The notes under the pieces were generated by a model. It was not told the origin of the DNA, made no database searches, and worked only from the letters and a program-made list of their open reading frames with translations. The translations under genes and the position numbers were made by a program. A stretch of DNA of 64,000 nucleotides from an uncultured Methylomirabilota bacterium (GTDB taxonomy: Bacteria > Methylomirabilota > Methylomirabilia > Methylomirabilales > 2-02-FULL-66-22). This document shows, one piece after another, positions 18,570 through 29,102 of this stretch (position 1 is the stretch's first letter; the number at the start of each line of letters is the position of its first letter). Where the stretch lies: assembly GCA_963705305.1 (NCBI GenBank), contig OY970067.1, positions 5,216,001-5,280,000 of the forward strand, read 5' to 3'.

Positions 18570-20099
18570 ATGTCGCCGATACAGCTGGATGGAGAACGCC
18601 TGACGCTGGAGGAGGTCGAGCAGGTCGCCCGGCACGGGACGGCTGTACGGCTGGATCCGGCCGCCCGGCCGAAGATCCTGGCGGCCCGCGCCCTGATCGA
18701 TTCCGCCCTCCAGCGGGAACAGGCCGTCTACGGGGTGAGCACCGGCTTCGGCCCGCTCAGCGATGTGTTCGTCGGCGCGTCCGATCGCGAGGCCCTCCAG
18801 CGGAATCTCATCCGCAGCCACGCCGTGGGGATCGGCGAGCCCATCGGCGAAGCCGAGACGCGGGCCACCGTGCTGCTGCGCGCCAACGTCCTCGCCAAGG
18901 GGTATTCCGGCGTCCGGCCGGAGATCATCGAGCTCCTCTGCGAGCTGCTGAACCGCACCGTCCACCCCATCATCCCCGAGCGGGGATCCGTCGGGGCCAG
19001 CGGCGACCTCGCTCCCCTGGCCCACCTGGCCCTGGTCCTCATCGGCGAGGGAGAGGCAAGGTACCACGGGGAACGGCTTTCGGGAGGCGAGGCCCTCGGG
19101 CGCGCTGGCCTGGCCCCCGTGACGCTGCAGGCCAAAGAGGGTCTGGCCCTGATCAACGGGACCTGCGGCCTGACGGCGATCGGGGCGCTGGCTCTGATGC
19201 GCGCCGAGCGTCTGCTCACGCTGGCGGACGTGGCGGGCGCCATGACGCTGGAGGCGCTCCGGGGCTCGTTCGTGCCCTTCGATCCGCGCCTCCAGGCCGT
19301 GCGCCCCCACCCGGGCCAGGCGCGCACGGCGGAGAACCTCCGGCGCATCCTTCCGGACTCCGAGATCAACGTCTCGCACAGAGATTGCGGGAAGATCCAG
19401 GACAGCTATACGCTCCGCTGCATCCCTCAGGTGCACGGGGGCGTCCGCGACGTTCTGGCCTTCGCCCGGAGCACGCTGGCCCGGGAGCTGAACGCGGCCA
19501 CCGACAATCCGCTGGTCTTTGCCGATACCGAGGCGATCCTTCCTGGCGGGAACTTCCACGGCCATCCCGTGGCCCTGGCCCTGGACGCGGCCGGGTTGGC
19601 GTTGGCCGGGCTCTGCGGCTTCCTGGAGCGGCGGATCGAGCGGCTGGTCAACCCACAGTTGAGCGAGCTGCCGCCTTTCCTGGTGCAAGCCAGCGGCCTC
19701 AACTCCGGCTTCATGGTGGCCCAGATTTCGGCCGCCGCCCTCGCCTCCGAGGCCAAGCTGCTGGCCTCGCCTGCCTCCGTGAACTCCATCCCGACTTCCG
19801 GCAGCAAGGAGGATTTCGTCAGCATGGGCTGGCTGGCCTCCGTCAAGCTGGCGCAGATCGCGGACCTCCTGTCCGCCGTCCTGGCCCTGGAATTTCTCTG
19901 CGCCGCTCAGGGCCTGGATTTCCTGCTGCCCCTGCGCCCAGGGCGGGGGGCCTGGGCGGCTCACCAGACGATCCGACAGCAGGTCTCCCACCTGGAAGAA
20001 GACCGGTCCCTGCGGGCCGACGTGGACCGGATCCTGACGCTGATCGAGGGCGGGACACTGCTGGCCGCCGTGGAGGGTGTGGTCGGCGCGCTCGGCTGA
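18570..20099 (+). CDS. hutH: Histidine ammonia-lyase
   Basis: VYGVSTGFG, LIRSHAVG, MIO tripeptide GSVGASGDLAPL, QDSYTLRC, GGNFHG. Confidence 0.96.
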   Translation: MSPIQLDGERLTLEEVEQVARHGTAVRLDPAARPKILAARALIDSALQREQAVYGVSTGFGPLSDVFVGASDREALQRNLIRSHAVGIGEPIGEAETRATVLLRANVLAKGYSGVRPEIIELLCELLNRTVHPIIPERGSVGASGDLAPLAHLALVLIGEGEARYHGERLSGGEALGRAGLAPVTLQAKEGLALINGTCGLTAIGALALMRAERLLTLADVAGAMTLEALRGSFVPFDPRLQAVRPHPGQARTAENLRRILPDSEINVSHRDCGKIQDSYTLRCIPQVHGGVRDVLAFARSTLARELNAATDNPLVFADTEAILPGGNFHGHPVALALDAAGLALAGLCGFLERRIERLVNPQLSELPPFLVQASGLNSGFMVAQISAAALASEAKLLASPASVNSIPTSGSKEDFVSMGWLASVKLAQIADLLSAVLALEFLCAAQGLDFLLPLRPGRGAWAAHQTIRQQVSHLEEDRSLRADVDRILTLIEGGTLLAAVEGVVGALG

Positions 20100-20231
20100 C
20101 CCCCACCAGCGGATTCCTGGGCGAGACGAAAGGCGGATCGGCGGCCGAATTGGCCGCCGATACCGAGGTCAAGCGGGCGTACCGGGGGTGGATGAGATGC
20201 CCGCACCCGGTCGCCTCGGGCATCGGAATCC

Positions 20232-21110
20232 ATGCTGAAAGAGACGCGGGCCGTCATCACCGTTCTCGTCGGCGCCAGTCTGCTGGGGTCCCTGGGGGCC
20301 TGGGGGCGGGCCATCTACCGGTACGAGGGGGACCCGATGACTGTCGTCACCTGGCGCGCGCTCATCGGGTCGGCGGCGCTGGCCGGGGTCCTGGTGACCG
20401 CGCGCCCCGCCCTCCTCCGCATACGCCCGCGCGATCTCCCCTTCTTCGCCCTCTACGGCTTCTGCGGCGTCACGCTGAACTTCTGGGCGTATTTCTCGGC
20501 CATAAAGTTCACGACCCTGGCAGTGGCCATCACGCTCTTGTATACGTATCCGGCTTTCGTGGCCGTCCTCGCGGCCCTGTTCCTGGGGGAGCGCCTCACG
20601 GCCGGGAAGTGGTTCGCCATCGCCGTCACCCTTGCGGGATCGGCCCTGGTGGCCCAGGTGTACGCCGCCGATTTTGTCCGGTTGAACCTGAAGGGGATCC
20701 TCTTCGGCCTGGCGACCGGGATCAGCATGGCTGCGTACAGCATCTTCGGCAAGTGCGCCACGTCGCGGTACCCGCCGTGGACCGTTGTCCTGTACGCCTT
20801 CGCCGCCGGCAGCCTGTTCCTCGCCCTGGGGACCGGCCCCCGTCTGTTCGCCGCAGCCGGGTATCCTGTCGCCGCCTGGCTCTGGATCGTCGGATTGGCC
20901 CTGATTCCCAGTCTGGGCGGCTACGCCCTCTACACCACCGGGCTGCGCGACCTGCCGGCCAGCCGGGCCAGCGTCATCGCCACCTGGGAGGTGGTGACCG
21001 CCGCCGGCCTTGGCTGGCTTCTCTTCGGCGAACGCCCGACGCCGCCCCAGGTGATGGGTGCGGCGCTGGTCTGCCTCGGGATCTGGTGGATCCAACGCCC
21101 CGAGGCCTGA
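20232..21110 (+). CDS. DMT/EamA family transporter
   Basis: About 10 TM segments in two EamA repeats; LLYTYP, LFLGERL, LFGE. Confidence 0.9.
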   Translation: MLKETRAVITVLVGASLLGSLGAWGRAIYRYEGDPMTVVTWRALIGSAALAGVLVTARPALLRIRPRDLPFFALYGFCGVTLNFWAYFSAIKFTTLAVAITLLYTYPAFVAVLAALFLGERLTAGKWFAIAVTLAGSALVAQVYAADFVRLNLKGILFGLATGISMAAYSIFGKCATSRYPPWTVVLYAFAAGSLFLALGTGPRLFAAAGYPVAAWLWIVGLALIPSLGGYALYTTGLRDLPASRASVIATWEVVTAAGLGWLLFGERPTPPQVMGAALVCLGIWWIQRPEA

Positions 21111-21329
21111 GTCACTTCCCAACGCGCCCGGCCGTCGTCCAGGCTCCCCTGCCATCGCGGCACTTCCCGGCGCGGCCGACGGCCTCCGAGCCGGCGCCGG
21201 ATCCATCCCCCGGAATGGCTGGCATCCGCCGATCTCGGATTATTCGTTTCCGTGATGGCGCGAAGTGGGATATATTGGGGCCTCCTGGAGGCGCACGGCC
21301 TCTCGATGGGGAGGCGTAGGGAGGAAGGA

Positions 21330-22793
21330 ATGCGCACAATGCTGCTCAACCCGCCCTCGTTCGAAAAGTTCGACGGGGGGGCGGGCGCCCGATATCAGGC
21401 CACGCGGGAAATCACCTCGTTCTGGTACCCTGTCTGGCTGGCCTATGCGGCCGGCCTCATCCCGGAGAGCCGCCTGGTGGACGGACCGGCGCAGGGCATG
21501 ACCCCGGCCCAGACCATCCGGATGGCGCAGGAGTACGAATTCCTGGTCGTGTTCACCAGCACCGCCGGCTTTCGCAACGATGTCCGGCTGGCCGAGGCGA
21601 TCAAGGACGCAAACCCCGCCGTGCGGGTGGCCTTCGTGGGGCCGCACGTCACGGTCAAGGCGGCGGAAAGCCTCGAGGCATCGCGCGCCATAGACTTCGT
21701 CGTCCGGCGGGAGTTCGACTTCGCCGTGGCGGAGTACGCGGCGGAGCGTCCGCTGGAAGCGATCCCGGGGGTGAGCTATCGGAAGAACAGCCATATCGTC
21801 CACACCGAGGACCGGCCGCCCCTCGACGATCTGGACTCCCTTCCCTTCGCGGTGGACATCTACAAGCGCGACCTGGACATCCGGCGCTACAACATCCCCT
21901 ACCTGCTGCACCCGTACGTCTCCTTCTACACGTCGCGCGGCTGCCCGGCCCTCTGCACGTTCTGCCTGTGGCCCCAGACCATCAGCGGACATCCCTGGCG
22001 GACGCGGAGCGTCTCCAACGTGGTCGAAGAGGTCCGCCGCTGCCGGGCCCACTTCCCCGAGGCCAGGGAGATCTTCTTCGACGACGATACCTTCCCCTGG
22101 GCCAAGCAGCGCACACTGGAGGTCTGCAAGGCGCTGAAGCCGCTGGGGGTGACCTGGTCCTGCAACTCGCGGGTGCACACCGACCGCGAGACCTTGCAGG
22201 CGATGAAGGACGCGGGGTGCCGGCTCATGGTGGTGGGCTTCGAATCCGGCGATCCGCAGATCCTGAAGAACATCAAGAAGGGGGCCACCGTCGAACAGGC
22301 GCTCGCCTTCATGAAGCACTGCAAGCAGGTCGGCCTGGCCGTCCACGGAGACTTCCAGATCGGCCTGCCCGGCGAGACCCCCGCCACCATCGAGAAGACG
22401 ATGGAGTTCGCCAAGCGGCTGGACCCCGACACGATCCAGGTGTCCATTTCCCACCCGTATCCGGGGACCGAATTCGACGCGTATGTCCGCCAGCATGGAT
22501 ACCTGACCGACGACGACATGGCGGACGAGTGCGGGCACCAGCTGCCGAACATCAACTACCCCGGCCTGGACCGGCGCTACATGGTCCAGAAGGTCGAGGA
22601 ATTTTACAGCCGCTACTACTTCCGCCCCCGGGTGGTCTGGCGGTTCCTCACGCGGGCCGCGCAGGACACCGCCGAGATGCGCCGGCTCTTTCAGGAAGCC
22701 AAGGAGTTCTTCCGCGTGCGGGCCAAGCGGCGGGCTTTCGCGGCAGGAACGGATGCCCGAAAAGACGACCGGACGGTCGCCTCGCAGGGGTAA
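21330..22793 (+). CDS. hpnJ: Hopanoid biosynthesis-associated radical SAM protein HpnJ
   Basis: N-terminus NPPSFEKFDGGAGARYQATREITSFWYP; RGCPALCTFCLWPQT; FFDDDTF. Confidence 0.92.
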   Translation: MRTMLLNPPSFEKFDGGAGARYQATREITSFWYPVWLAYAAGLIPESRLVDGPAQGMTPAQTIRMAQEYEFLVVFTSTAGFRNDVRLAEAIKDANPAVRVAFVGPHVTVKAAESLEASRAIDFVVRREFDFAVAEYAAERPLEAIPGVSYRKNSHIVHTEDRPPLDDLDSLPFAVDIYKRDLDIRRYNIPYLLHPYVSFYTSRGCPALCTFCLWPQTISGHPWRTRSVSNVVEEVRRCRAHFPEAREIFFDDDTFPWAKQRTLEVCKALKPLGVTWSCNSRVHTDRETLQAMKDAGCRLMVVGFESGDPQILKNIKKGATVEQALAFMKHCKQVGLAVHGDFQIGLPGETPATIEKTMEFAKRLDPDTIQVSISHPYPGTEFDAYVRQHGYLTDDDMADECGHQLPNINYPGLDRRYMVQKVEEFYSRYYFRPRVVWRFLTRAAQDTAEMRRLFQEAKEFFRVRAKRRAFAAGTDARKDDRTVASQG

Positions 22794-22826
22794 CGCGCCG
22801 CCGCTGGACGTCCCGGGGGATCCAGG

Positions 22827-23987
22827 GTGATTCGAGAGCTGCTGTCTGCCGCCTTCTTCCTCCCCGCCCTGATCGGCAGCGGGTTCGGGTGTGCCTGCCT
22901 GGTGGCGGTCCTCTGGCTGTTCCGTGATCGGCAGTCGCCTGCCGGCCCTCCCGCCCCGACGCCGCCGGTGACGGTCCTGCGCCCGATCCGCGGCCTCGAT
23001 CGGCAGCTCCTCGAGAACCTGCGCAGTGTCTGCCGCCAGGACTACCCGGTATTCCAGATCGTGTTCTCCGTCCAGGATGGGGATGATCCGGCCCTCCCGC
23101 TGCTCTGGCAGGTCCAGCGAGAATTCGGGGAGGAGCGGGTGGCGGTGGTGGTCCACAGTCTCACGGCCGGCCCCAACGGCAAGGCCAATAACCTGCTGGG
23201 CGGCCTGACCGCCGCGCGCCACGATCTCCTCGTCATCAGCGACAGCGACGTGCACCTGCGTCCCGACTACCTGCGGGCCATCGTGCGCCCCTTCGCCGAT
23301 CCCCGGGTCGGGTGCGTCAACACGCTCTTTAGAATCGGACAGGCGCGCCGCTGGTACGAGCGGATGAGCCTGTTGCACCTCAACGCCGACTTCCTCCCCG
23401 CCGCCGTCTTCGCCTACCTGATCGGCGCCGCGGGCTTTACGCTGGGACCCTCGGTGGCCATCCGGCGCACCACGTTGCAGGCAATCGGGGGATTCGAGGC
23501 GCTTGCCACGTACCTCGCCGAGGATTACGAGATCGGGCGCCGGACGCTGGATCTGGGTCAGCGGGTCGTCCTGCTCCCGTACATGGTCGAGGTGGCGGCG
23601 AATCATCCCAGCGCTTCCGCCTGGTTGAGGCATCAGGTGTACTGGGATCAGAACTCGCGCGCGGCCAGGCCGATGGGGTATTTTGGCAGCATCCTGATCC
23701 GGTCGGTGCCGTTCGCGCTGCTGTGTGCCCTGGCGCGAGGCCTGGATTCCATCGGGATGGGCGTCCTGGCCGGAGCGTTGGGGGTCCGTGCGGCAACGGT
23801 GGCCGGGATCCTGTGGCGATTTCAGGATCGGGAGGGACTGCGGAGCCTTCTCCTCCTGCCCCTCCAGGATATCCTCGGCGTGGCCACCTGGGCCCTGGCG
23901 TTCACGCAGCGCACGGTCGTCTGGCGAGGCCAGAAGTACCGGCTCACCACGGGCGGGCGGATGGAGCTGTCCCGCGGGAAGGCGTGA
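22827..23987 (+). CDS. hpnI: GT2 glycosyltransferase, HpnI / ceramide glucosyltransferase-like
   Basis: LRPIRG, QDYP, NGKANNL, SDSDV, LAEDY; adjacent to hpnJ. Confidence 0.85.
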   Translation: MIRELLSAAFFLPALIGSGFGCACLVAVLWLFRDRQSPAGPPAPTPPVTVLRPIRGLDRQLLENLRSVCRQDYPVFQIVFSVQDGDDPALPLLWQVQREFGEERVAVVVHSLTAGPNGKANNLLGGLTAARHDLLVISDSDVHLRPDYLRAIVRPFADPRVGCVNTLFRIGQARRWYERMSLLHLNADFLPAAVFAYLIGAAGFTLGPSVAIRRTTLQAIGGFEALATYLAEDYEIGRRTLDLGQRVVLLPYMVEVAANHPSASAWLRHQVYWDQNSRAARPMGYFGSILIRSVPFALLCALARGLDSIGMGVLAGALGVRAATVAGILWRFQDREGLRSLLLLPLQDILGVATWALAFTQRTVVWRGQKYRLTTGGRMELSRGKA

Positions 23988-24027
23988 CATGCCACGCCGG
24001 AACGCGCACTATGTGGAGGAACGCCCT

Positions 24028-24417
24028 ATGCTTCGTGTTGCCCTCGCCATGATCGTGGGGTCCGCCGCCACGGCCATGGGACAGATCCTGATCCGCCGGG
24101 GAATGCAGCAGATCGGCTCCCTGGAAGTCCACACACCGGCGGCCCTGGTCGCCTACTTCTCCCAGGTGGTGGTGAACCCCAACGTGATCGGCGGGACGCT
24201 CCTCAACGGAGTCTTCTACTTCCTCCTGCTGGCCGTCCTGTCCTGGGCGGAGGTGACGGTGGCAGTCCCGTTTACCGCGCTCGAGTACGGTTTCGCGGCC
24301 ATCCTGGCCATCACCATCCTGCAGGAGTCGGTTCCGTTCATCCGCTGGGTGGGGATCGTGCTGGTGATCGTCGGGGTGCTGCTGATCAGCTTGAGCGGGT
24401 CGGGGGGAGCGGCGTAG
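24028..24417 (+). CDS. Small 4-TM DMT/SMR-like protein (EamA single domain)
   Basis: GQILIRRGM, LSWAEVTVAVP, ILQESVP...RWVGIVLV. Confidence 0.8.
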   Translation: MLRVALAMIVGSAATAMGQILIRRGMQQIGSLEVHTPAALVAYFSQVVVNPNVIGGTLLNGVFYFLLLAVLSWAEVTVAVPFTALEYGFAAILAITILQESVPFIRWVGIVLVIVGVLLISLSGSGGAA

Positions 24418-24420
24418 CAC

Positions 24421-24599
24421 GCTGCTGAAAAAGGCCCATCTGCCGCGTTGGCGTGCTCGCGCGGCGCTGCGGTGTACGAGCGAAGTACGCCTCGCACCTG
24501 CACCCATCCTTCGGATGGGTACCCGGCGCGCCGCCTTGCCGTTCGGCGGGCTCACGGTCCCGAGCGAAGTCGAGGGACATCTGGACCTTTTTGAGCAGC
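24421..24599. repeat. MITE/REP-like element with terminal inverted repeats
   Basis: GCTGCTGAAAAAGGCCCA ... TGGACCTTTTTGAGCAGC ends; internal hairpin ACCCATCC-TTC-GGATGGGT; non-coding. Confidence 0.7.
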
Positions 24600-24676
24600 C
24601 TGCGTAAAAACCGGTATTTACTACCCAGCGAGCCGTTGAAGGACGATCGGCGGCTACCACGGGAAAGGGATCGGGC

Positions 24677-25813
24677 ATGCGGACGATCAAGCCGTTTCAT
24701 CTCGACCTGACCGAGGCAGAGATCGAGCGATACATGCAGGAGTCGGGGAGGATCCTTCGCTCCGGCACGCTTATCCTGGGGGAGTACACCGCCCGCTTCG
24801 AGCAGGCATTCGCCCGGTACGTCGGTGCACAACACGCCATCAGCGTCAACAGCGGATCGGCGGCGCTGGAGTTCCTCCTGCGGCTGAAAGACGTCGAGGG
24901 CAAGGGCGTGCTGGTGCCGACGAACACCAACTTCGCCACCGTGGCGGCAATCCTGCGGGCAGGCGGGCAGGTGAGGTACCTGGACATGGACCGGGCCACG
25001 TTCGCGCCGACGCTGGCCATGGTCCAAGAGGCGGTCGAAGGCCGCGCGGCCCGCGAGGGCGGCCCCATTGCCGGCGTTCTGTGGGTGCACATCGGGGGGG
25101 TCATCTCGCCGGAGTTTCCCGACGTCGTTCGCTACTGCCGCTCGCGGGGCCTCTTCGCCCTGGAAGACGCCGCCCACGCCCACGGCAGCCAGCTCGGCGG
25201 CGTCCGGTCGGGCGTCCTGGCGGACGGAGCCGCTTTTTCCTTCTTCCCCACGAAGGTGATGACCACCTGCGAGGGCGGGATGATCACTACCAACGACGAC
25301 CGGGAGGATTACCTGGCCCGCTCCTTCCGGAATCAGGGGAAGCGCGGGATGGACTACGGGGGACTGCACACGGATTTCGGCAACAGCAGCCGCATGACCG
25401 AGCTGCATGCCCTGCTCGGGCTGATCCAGCTCGAACGGCTGCCGGCCATCCTGGAGCGACGGGCGGCGGCGGCCCGGGCCATCACGCGGGAGCTAGACCG
25501 GGCCGGCATCGGGTACTGCCCCACCGCGCACATGGACGCGGCCAGCCACTACAAGCTGATCGTGCACGTGCCCGACGGCACGACGGCGGACGCCGTGCGA
25601 AAGGGGATCGCGAATGACGGGGTGATCGCGGGGGGCGGGGTCTACGAGATCCCCTGCCACCTGCAGCCGGTCTTCGCCGGGATCGGGACGGGCGGCGCGC
25701 TGCCGGGCGCGGAGTGCTGGTGCCCGCGGCATGTCTGCCCGCCGCTCACGTCCAGCATGACGGAAGAAGACGCCGTCTTCGTCGGCCACACGGTGGTCAA
25801 GCACATGCGCTGA
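24677..25813 (+). CDS. DegT/DnrJ/EryC1/StrS PLP-dependent aminotransferase
   Basis: VNSGSAAL, EDAAHAHG, FSFFPTKVMTTCEGGM (PLP lysine). Confidence 0.93.
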   Translation: MRTIKPFHLDLTEAEIERYMQESGRILRSGTLILGEYTARFEQAFARYVGAQHAISVNSGSAALEFLLRLKDVEGKGVLVPTNTNFATVAAILRAGGQVRYLDMDRATFAPTLAMVQEAVEGRAAREGGPIAGVLWVHIGGVISPEFPDVVRYCRSRGLFALEDAAHAHGSQLGGVRSGVLADGAAFSFFPTKVMTTCEGGMITTNDDREDYLARSFRNQGKRGMDYGGLHTDFGNSSRMTELHALLGLIQLERLPAILERRAAAARAITRELDRAGIGYCPTAHMDAASHYKLIVHVPDGTTADAVRKGIANDGVIAGGGVYEIPCHLQPVFAGIGTGGALPGAECWCPRHVCPPLTSSMTEEDAVFVGHTVVKHMR

Positions 25814-25831
25814 GCGGGCCGGGGGGAGAGG

Positions 25832-27139
25832 GTGACGAGCATGCGGGTGGATTTTGCGGTTGTCGGGGGCGGCATCGCGGGGCTGGCCATCGCGGAGCTG
25901 CTGCAGCGCAGTGGTGCATCGGTCCTCCTGGTGGAGAAGAACGCGCGATTGTGCGGCGAGGCCTCGGCAGAGCAGCAGGGCTGGTTCCACACGGGGGCCC
26001 TCTACGCCGCCCTGCCGAACCAGTTCTTCCTGCGGGCCCTCGTGGGCAACCTGGACGATCTGATGGACTATTACGGCGATTTCCCCGCGATGAACCTGCG
26101 GGTGGAAAAGCACCTGTCCACGACGATCCGGGAGGGCTGGTTCTCCAACCGGACCAACTTCTACGCCTACACCGGCCTGCGCGGCGTGAGCTGGTCCTGG
26201 AAGCTGCCCTGGCTCGTGGCCCTCAACCGGGCCAGGCAGCGGATGTCGTGGTACGAGGGCCTGGACGCCTCTCGCAGCGTCAGCCGGCAACTGGGCATCC
26301 GGACGAAGCCGACGAAATACGTGATGCATGCGTCCCGGCTGGGGGCGAACCTGGAGCACGTCGCCTTCGTCCTCAAATCCCGGGACCGGGGGCTGAACGC
26401 CCCCTGGATCATCTCGGATCTCGCCCGGAGCTTCCTGGCCAACGGAGGTCAGGTGCGGCTCCAGACCTCGGTTGTCGGCGTCGAGCCGGGCGCGCTGGCG
26501 GTGGAGGAGGGAGAGCAGCGGACGAGGGCGCGGATCACCGCCCGCCACATCGTCCTGGCGGCGGGGAAGGAGAGCCGGGCCTTCGACCCCATGATCCGGG
26601 TCTTCGCCAGTCCGATCCTGGTGGTCAGACCCGCTCTCACGGATGTCAACTTCGTATACATGACCCCGCACATGCCGCGCACGTTGAACCATCTGTTTCA
26701 CCGCACGGACGGGATCGAGTATTCCGTTCTGGGCAACGCCACCTACTTCGATGCCACCACAGGGGCGGACCCGTACCGGGATCAGGCCTGGACGCACATG
26801 ACCGGTGTGGCGCGGCGCCTCTTTCCCGGTTTCGATGAATGCCAGGCCGCTCTCTACTTCGGCTACAAGACCGAGGTCACGTCATCCTCGAGCATCCGGA
26901 ACTACCTGTATCACATCCTCGACCGCGACGGGTACACGCTCGCCTTGCCCGGCAAGTTCAGCCTGTGCTTCAGTCTGGCCGTGAATGTCTGCCGGCATTT
27001 CGGAATCGAGCCGGTGGAGCGGGTGCGCCTGGCCCCCTCCGAGAGCGTTCTCGGCCTGATCGAAGAGCCCCGGCATCTGCGCATCGCCAGGGGGATCGCC
27101 GAGAACTCGACGGCGCCCCTGCCCCGCCAGCTTGGGTAG
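25832..27139 (+). CDS. FAD-dependent oxidoreductase (DAO/GlpD-like N-terminus)
   Basis: VVGGGIAG Rossmann motif, LVEK, ASAEQQGWFHTG, IVLAAG, LPGKFS. Confidence 0.8.
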   Translation: MTSMRVDFAVVGGGIAGLAIAELLQRSGASVLLVEKNARLCGEASAEQQGWFHTGALYAALPNQFFLRALVGNLDDLMDYYGDFPAMNLRVEKHLSTTIREGWFSNRTNFYAYTGLRGVSWSWKLPWLVALNRARQRMSWYEGLDASRSVSRQLGIRTKPTKYVMHASRLGANLEHVAFVLKSRDRGLNAPWIISDLARSFLANGGQVRLQTSVVGVEPGALAVEEGEQRTRARITARHIVLAAGKESRAFDPMIRVFASPILVVRPALTDVNFVYMTPHMPRTLNHLFHRTDGIEYSVLGNATYFDATTGADPYRDQAWTHMTGVARRLFPGFDECQAALYFGYKTEVTSSSSIRNYLYHILDRDGYTLALPGKFSLCFSLAVNVCRHFGIEPVERVRLAPSESVLGLIEEPRHLRIARGIAENSTAPLPRQLG

Positions 27140-27257
27140 TGCCTGGCGGCTACTTCGGCGTCGTCAGATCGAATGACCCATTGACCAATCTGCAATGACC
27201 AATGCGGCCCGGACCGGGGACCGGGCCAGCCCCGCCCTCCACCCTTGCCTCTCGAAA

Positions 27258-27286
27258 TTGCAGGCCGCCGGGGTCCGGGGTATAAT
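27258..27286 (+). promoter_or_regulatory. Sigma70-type promoter of hutU
   Basis: TTGCAG-N17-TATAAT. Confidence 0.65.
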
Positions 27287-27358
27287 CCCCACATTCACCC
27301 CGCGGGCTTCCGGCAGACTCCCAGAGTGTCGAACGGTCCGCGACAGGAGGGATGCGCC

Positions 27359-29029
27359 ATGCCTCCGACCCAGGCACCGAAGGAGCCCATCCGCGCCCCC
27401 CGAGGGGCCACCTTGACCTGCAAGGGCTGGCACCAGGAGGGGGCCCTGCGCATGCTGATGAACAATTTGGATCCCGAAGTGGCCGAGCGCCCGCAGGATC
27501 TGGTGGTCTACGGCGGGGCGGGCAAGGCGGCCCGGAACTGGGAGTGCTACCACCGCATCGTCGAGAGCCTGAAGGCCCTGGAGAACGACGAGACCCTGCT
27601 GGTCCAGTCCGGGAAGCCGGTGGGGATCTTCCGGACGCACACCTTCGCCCCTCGCGTCCTGATCAGCAACGCCATGCTGGTGCCCGCCTGGGGCACCTGG
27701 GAGAAGTTCCGCGAGCTGGAGGCGCTGGGCCTGACCATGTACGGCCAGATGACGGCCGGCAGCTGGATCTACATCGGCACCCAGGGAATCCTGCAGGGCA
27801 CCTACGAGACCTTTGCGGCGGCGGCCCGAAAGCATTTCGACGGCAGTCTCAAGGGCACGCTGACCCTCACCGCCGGCCTGGGCGGGATGGGGGGCGCCCA
27901 GCCGCTGGCCGCGACCATGAACGACGGCGTCATCCTGGCCATCGAGGTGGATCCCGAGCGGATCGAGAAGCGGGTCAAGACGGGCTACTGCGAGGTCATG
28001 ACGACGAGCCTGGAGGAGGCCCTCGACCTGGCCCTCGGGGCCAAGCGGGCCGGCACTCCCAAGTCCATCGGCCTGGTCGGCAACGCCGCCGAGCTGCACC
28101 CGGAGATCCTGAAGCGCGGCGTGCTGCCCGACCTGGTCACCGACCAGACCTCGGCCCACGACCCCCTGAACGGATACGTGCCGGCCGGCCTGACCGTGGA
28201 GCGGGCCCGCGAGCTGCGCGCCACCAAGCCCGACGAGCACATCGCCCGCGCCCTCGACTCCATGGCCGTCCACGTGCAGGCCATGCTGGAATTCCAGCGG
28301 CGCGGCGCGGTCGTCTTCGACTACGGCAACAACATCCGCCAGCAGGCCCTGGGCCGGGGCGTGAAGAACGCCTTCGACTTCCCCGGCTTCGTCCCGGCCT
28401 TCATCCGGCCCCTGTTCTGCACCGGCCACGGCCCCTTCCGCTGGGCCGCCCTGTCCGGCGACCCGGCCGATATCGCGAAGATCGACGGCGCCATCCTGCG
28501 GGAGTTCAAAGACAACGCCCACCTGGTCCGCTGGATCACTATGGCCCGGGAGAAGATCCATTTCCAGGGACTCCCGGCCCGGATTTGCTGGCTGGGGTAC
28601 GGCGAGCGGGACCGCCTGGGCCTCCTGGTCAACCGGATGGTGCGCTCGGGCGAGTTGGCCGCCCCTGTCGTCTTCGGCCGCGACCATTTGGATTCGGGCT
28701 CGGTGGCCTCGCCCAATCGCGAGACCGAGGCCATGCGGGACGGGAGCGACGCGATCGCCGACTGGCCGATCCTGAACGCCCTGCTCAACACCGCCGCCGG
28801 CGCCTCCTGGATCTCGGTCCACCACGGCGGGGGAGTCGGCATCGGCTATTCCGTTCACGCCGGCATGGTGGTCGTGGCCGACGGGACCCCCGAGACCGAG
28901 CTGCGCCTCCGGCGGGTGCTGACCACCGATCCGGGCACCGGCATCATGCGGCACGCCGATGCGGGCTACCCCGAGGCCATCGCCGCGGCCAAGGAGAAGG
29001 CCGTCAAGATCCCTGGGCTGACAGCTTAA
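27359..29029 (+). CDS. hutU: Urocanate hydratase
   Basis: [42 protein letters not shown]. Confidence 0.98.
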   Translation: MPPTQAPKEPIRAPRGATLTCKGWHQEGALRMLMNNLDPEVAERPQDLVVYGGAGKAARNWECYHRIVESLKALENDETLLVQSGKPVGIFRTHTFAPRVLISNAMLVPAWGTWEKFRELEALGLTMYGQMTAGSWIYIGTQGILQGTYETFAAAARKHFDGSLKGTLTLTAGLGGMGGAQPLAATMNDGVILAIEVDPERIEKRVKTGYCEVMTTSLEEALDLALGAKRAGTPKSIGLVGNAAELHPEILKRGVLPDLVTDQTSAHDPLNGYVPAGLTVERARELRATKPDEHIARALDSMAVHVQAMLEFQRRGAVVFDYGNNIRQQALGRGVKNAFDFPGFVPAFIRPLFCTGHGPFRWAALSGDPADIAKIDGAILREFKDNAHLVRWITMAREKIHFQGLPARICWLGYGERDRLGLLVNRMVRSGELAAPVVFGRDHLDSGSVASPNRETEAMRDGSDAIADWPILNALLNTAAGASWISVHHGGGVGIGYSVHAGMVVVADGTPETELRLRRVLTTDPGTGIMRHADAGYPEAIAAAKEKAVKIPGLTA

Positions 29030-29102
29030 GCTGCGTGTTTCAGCATCCGCCCTGCGTCCGAGGGTCTTCCCGTTGGAGCCGTCCTCCGGCTGGAGGTCCA
29101 CC

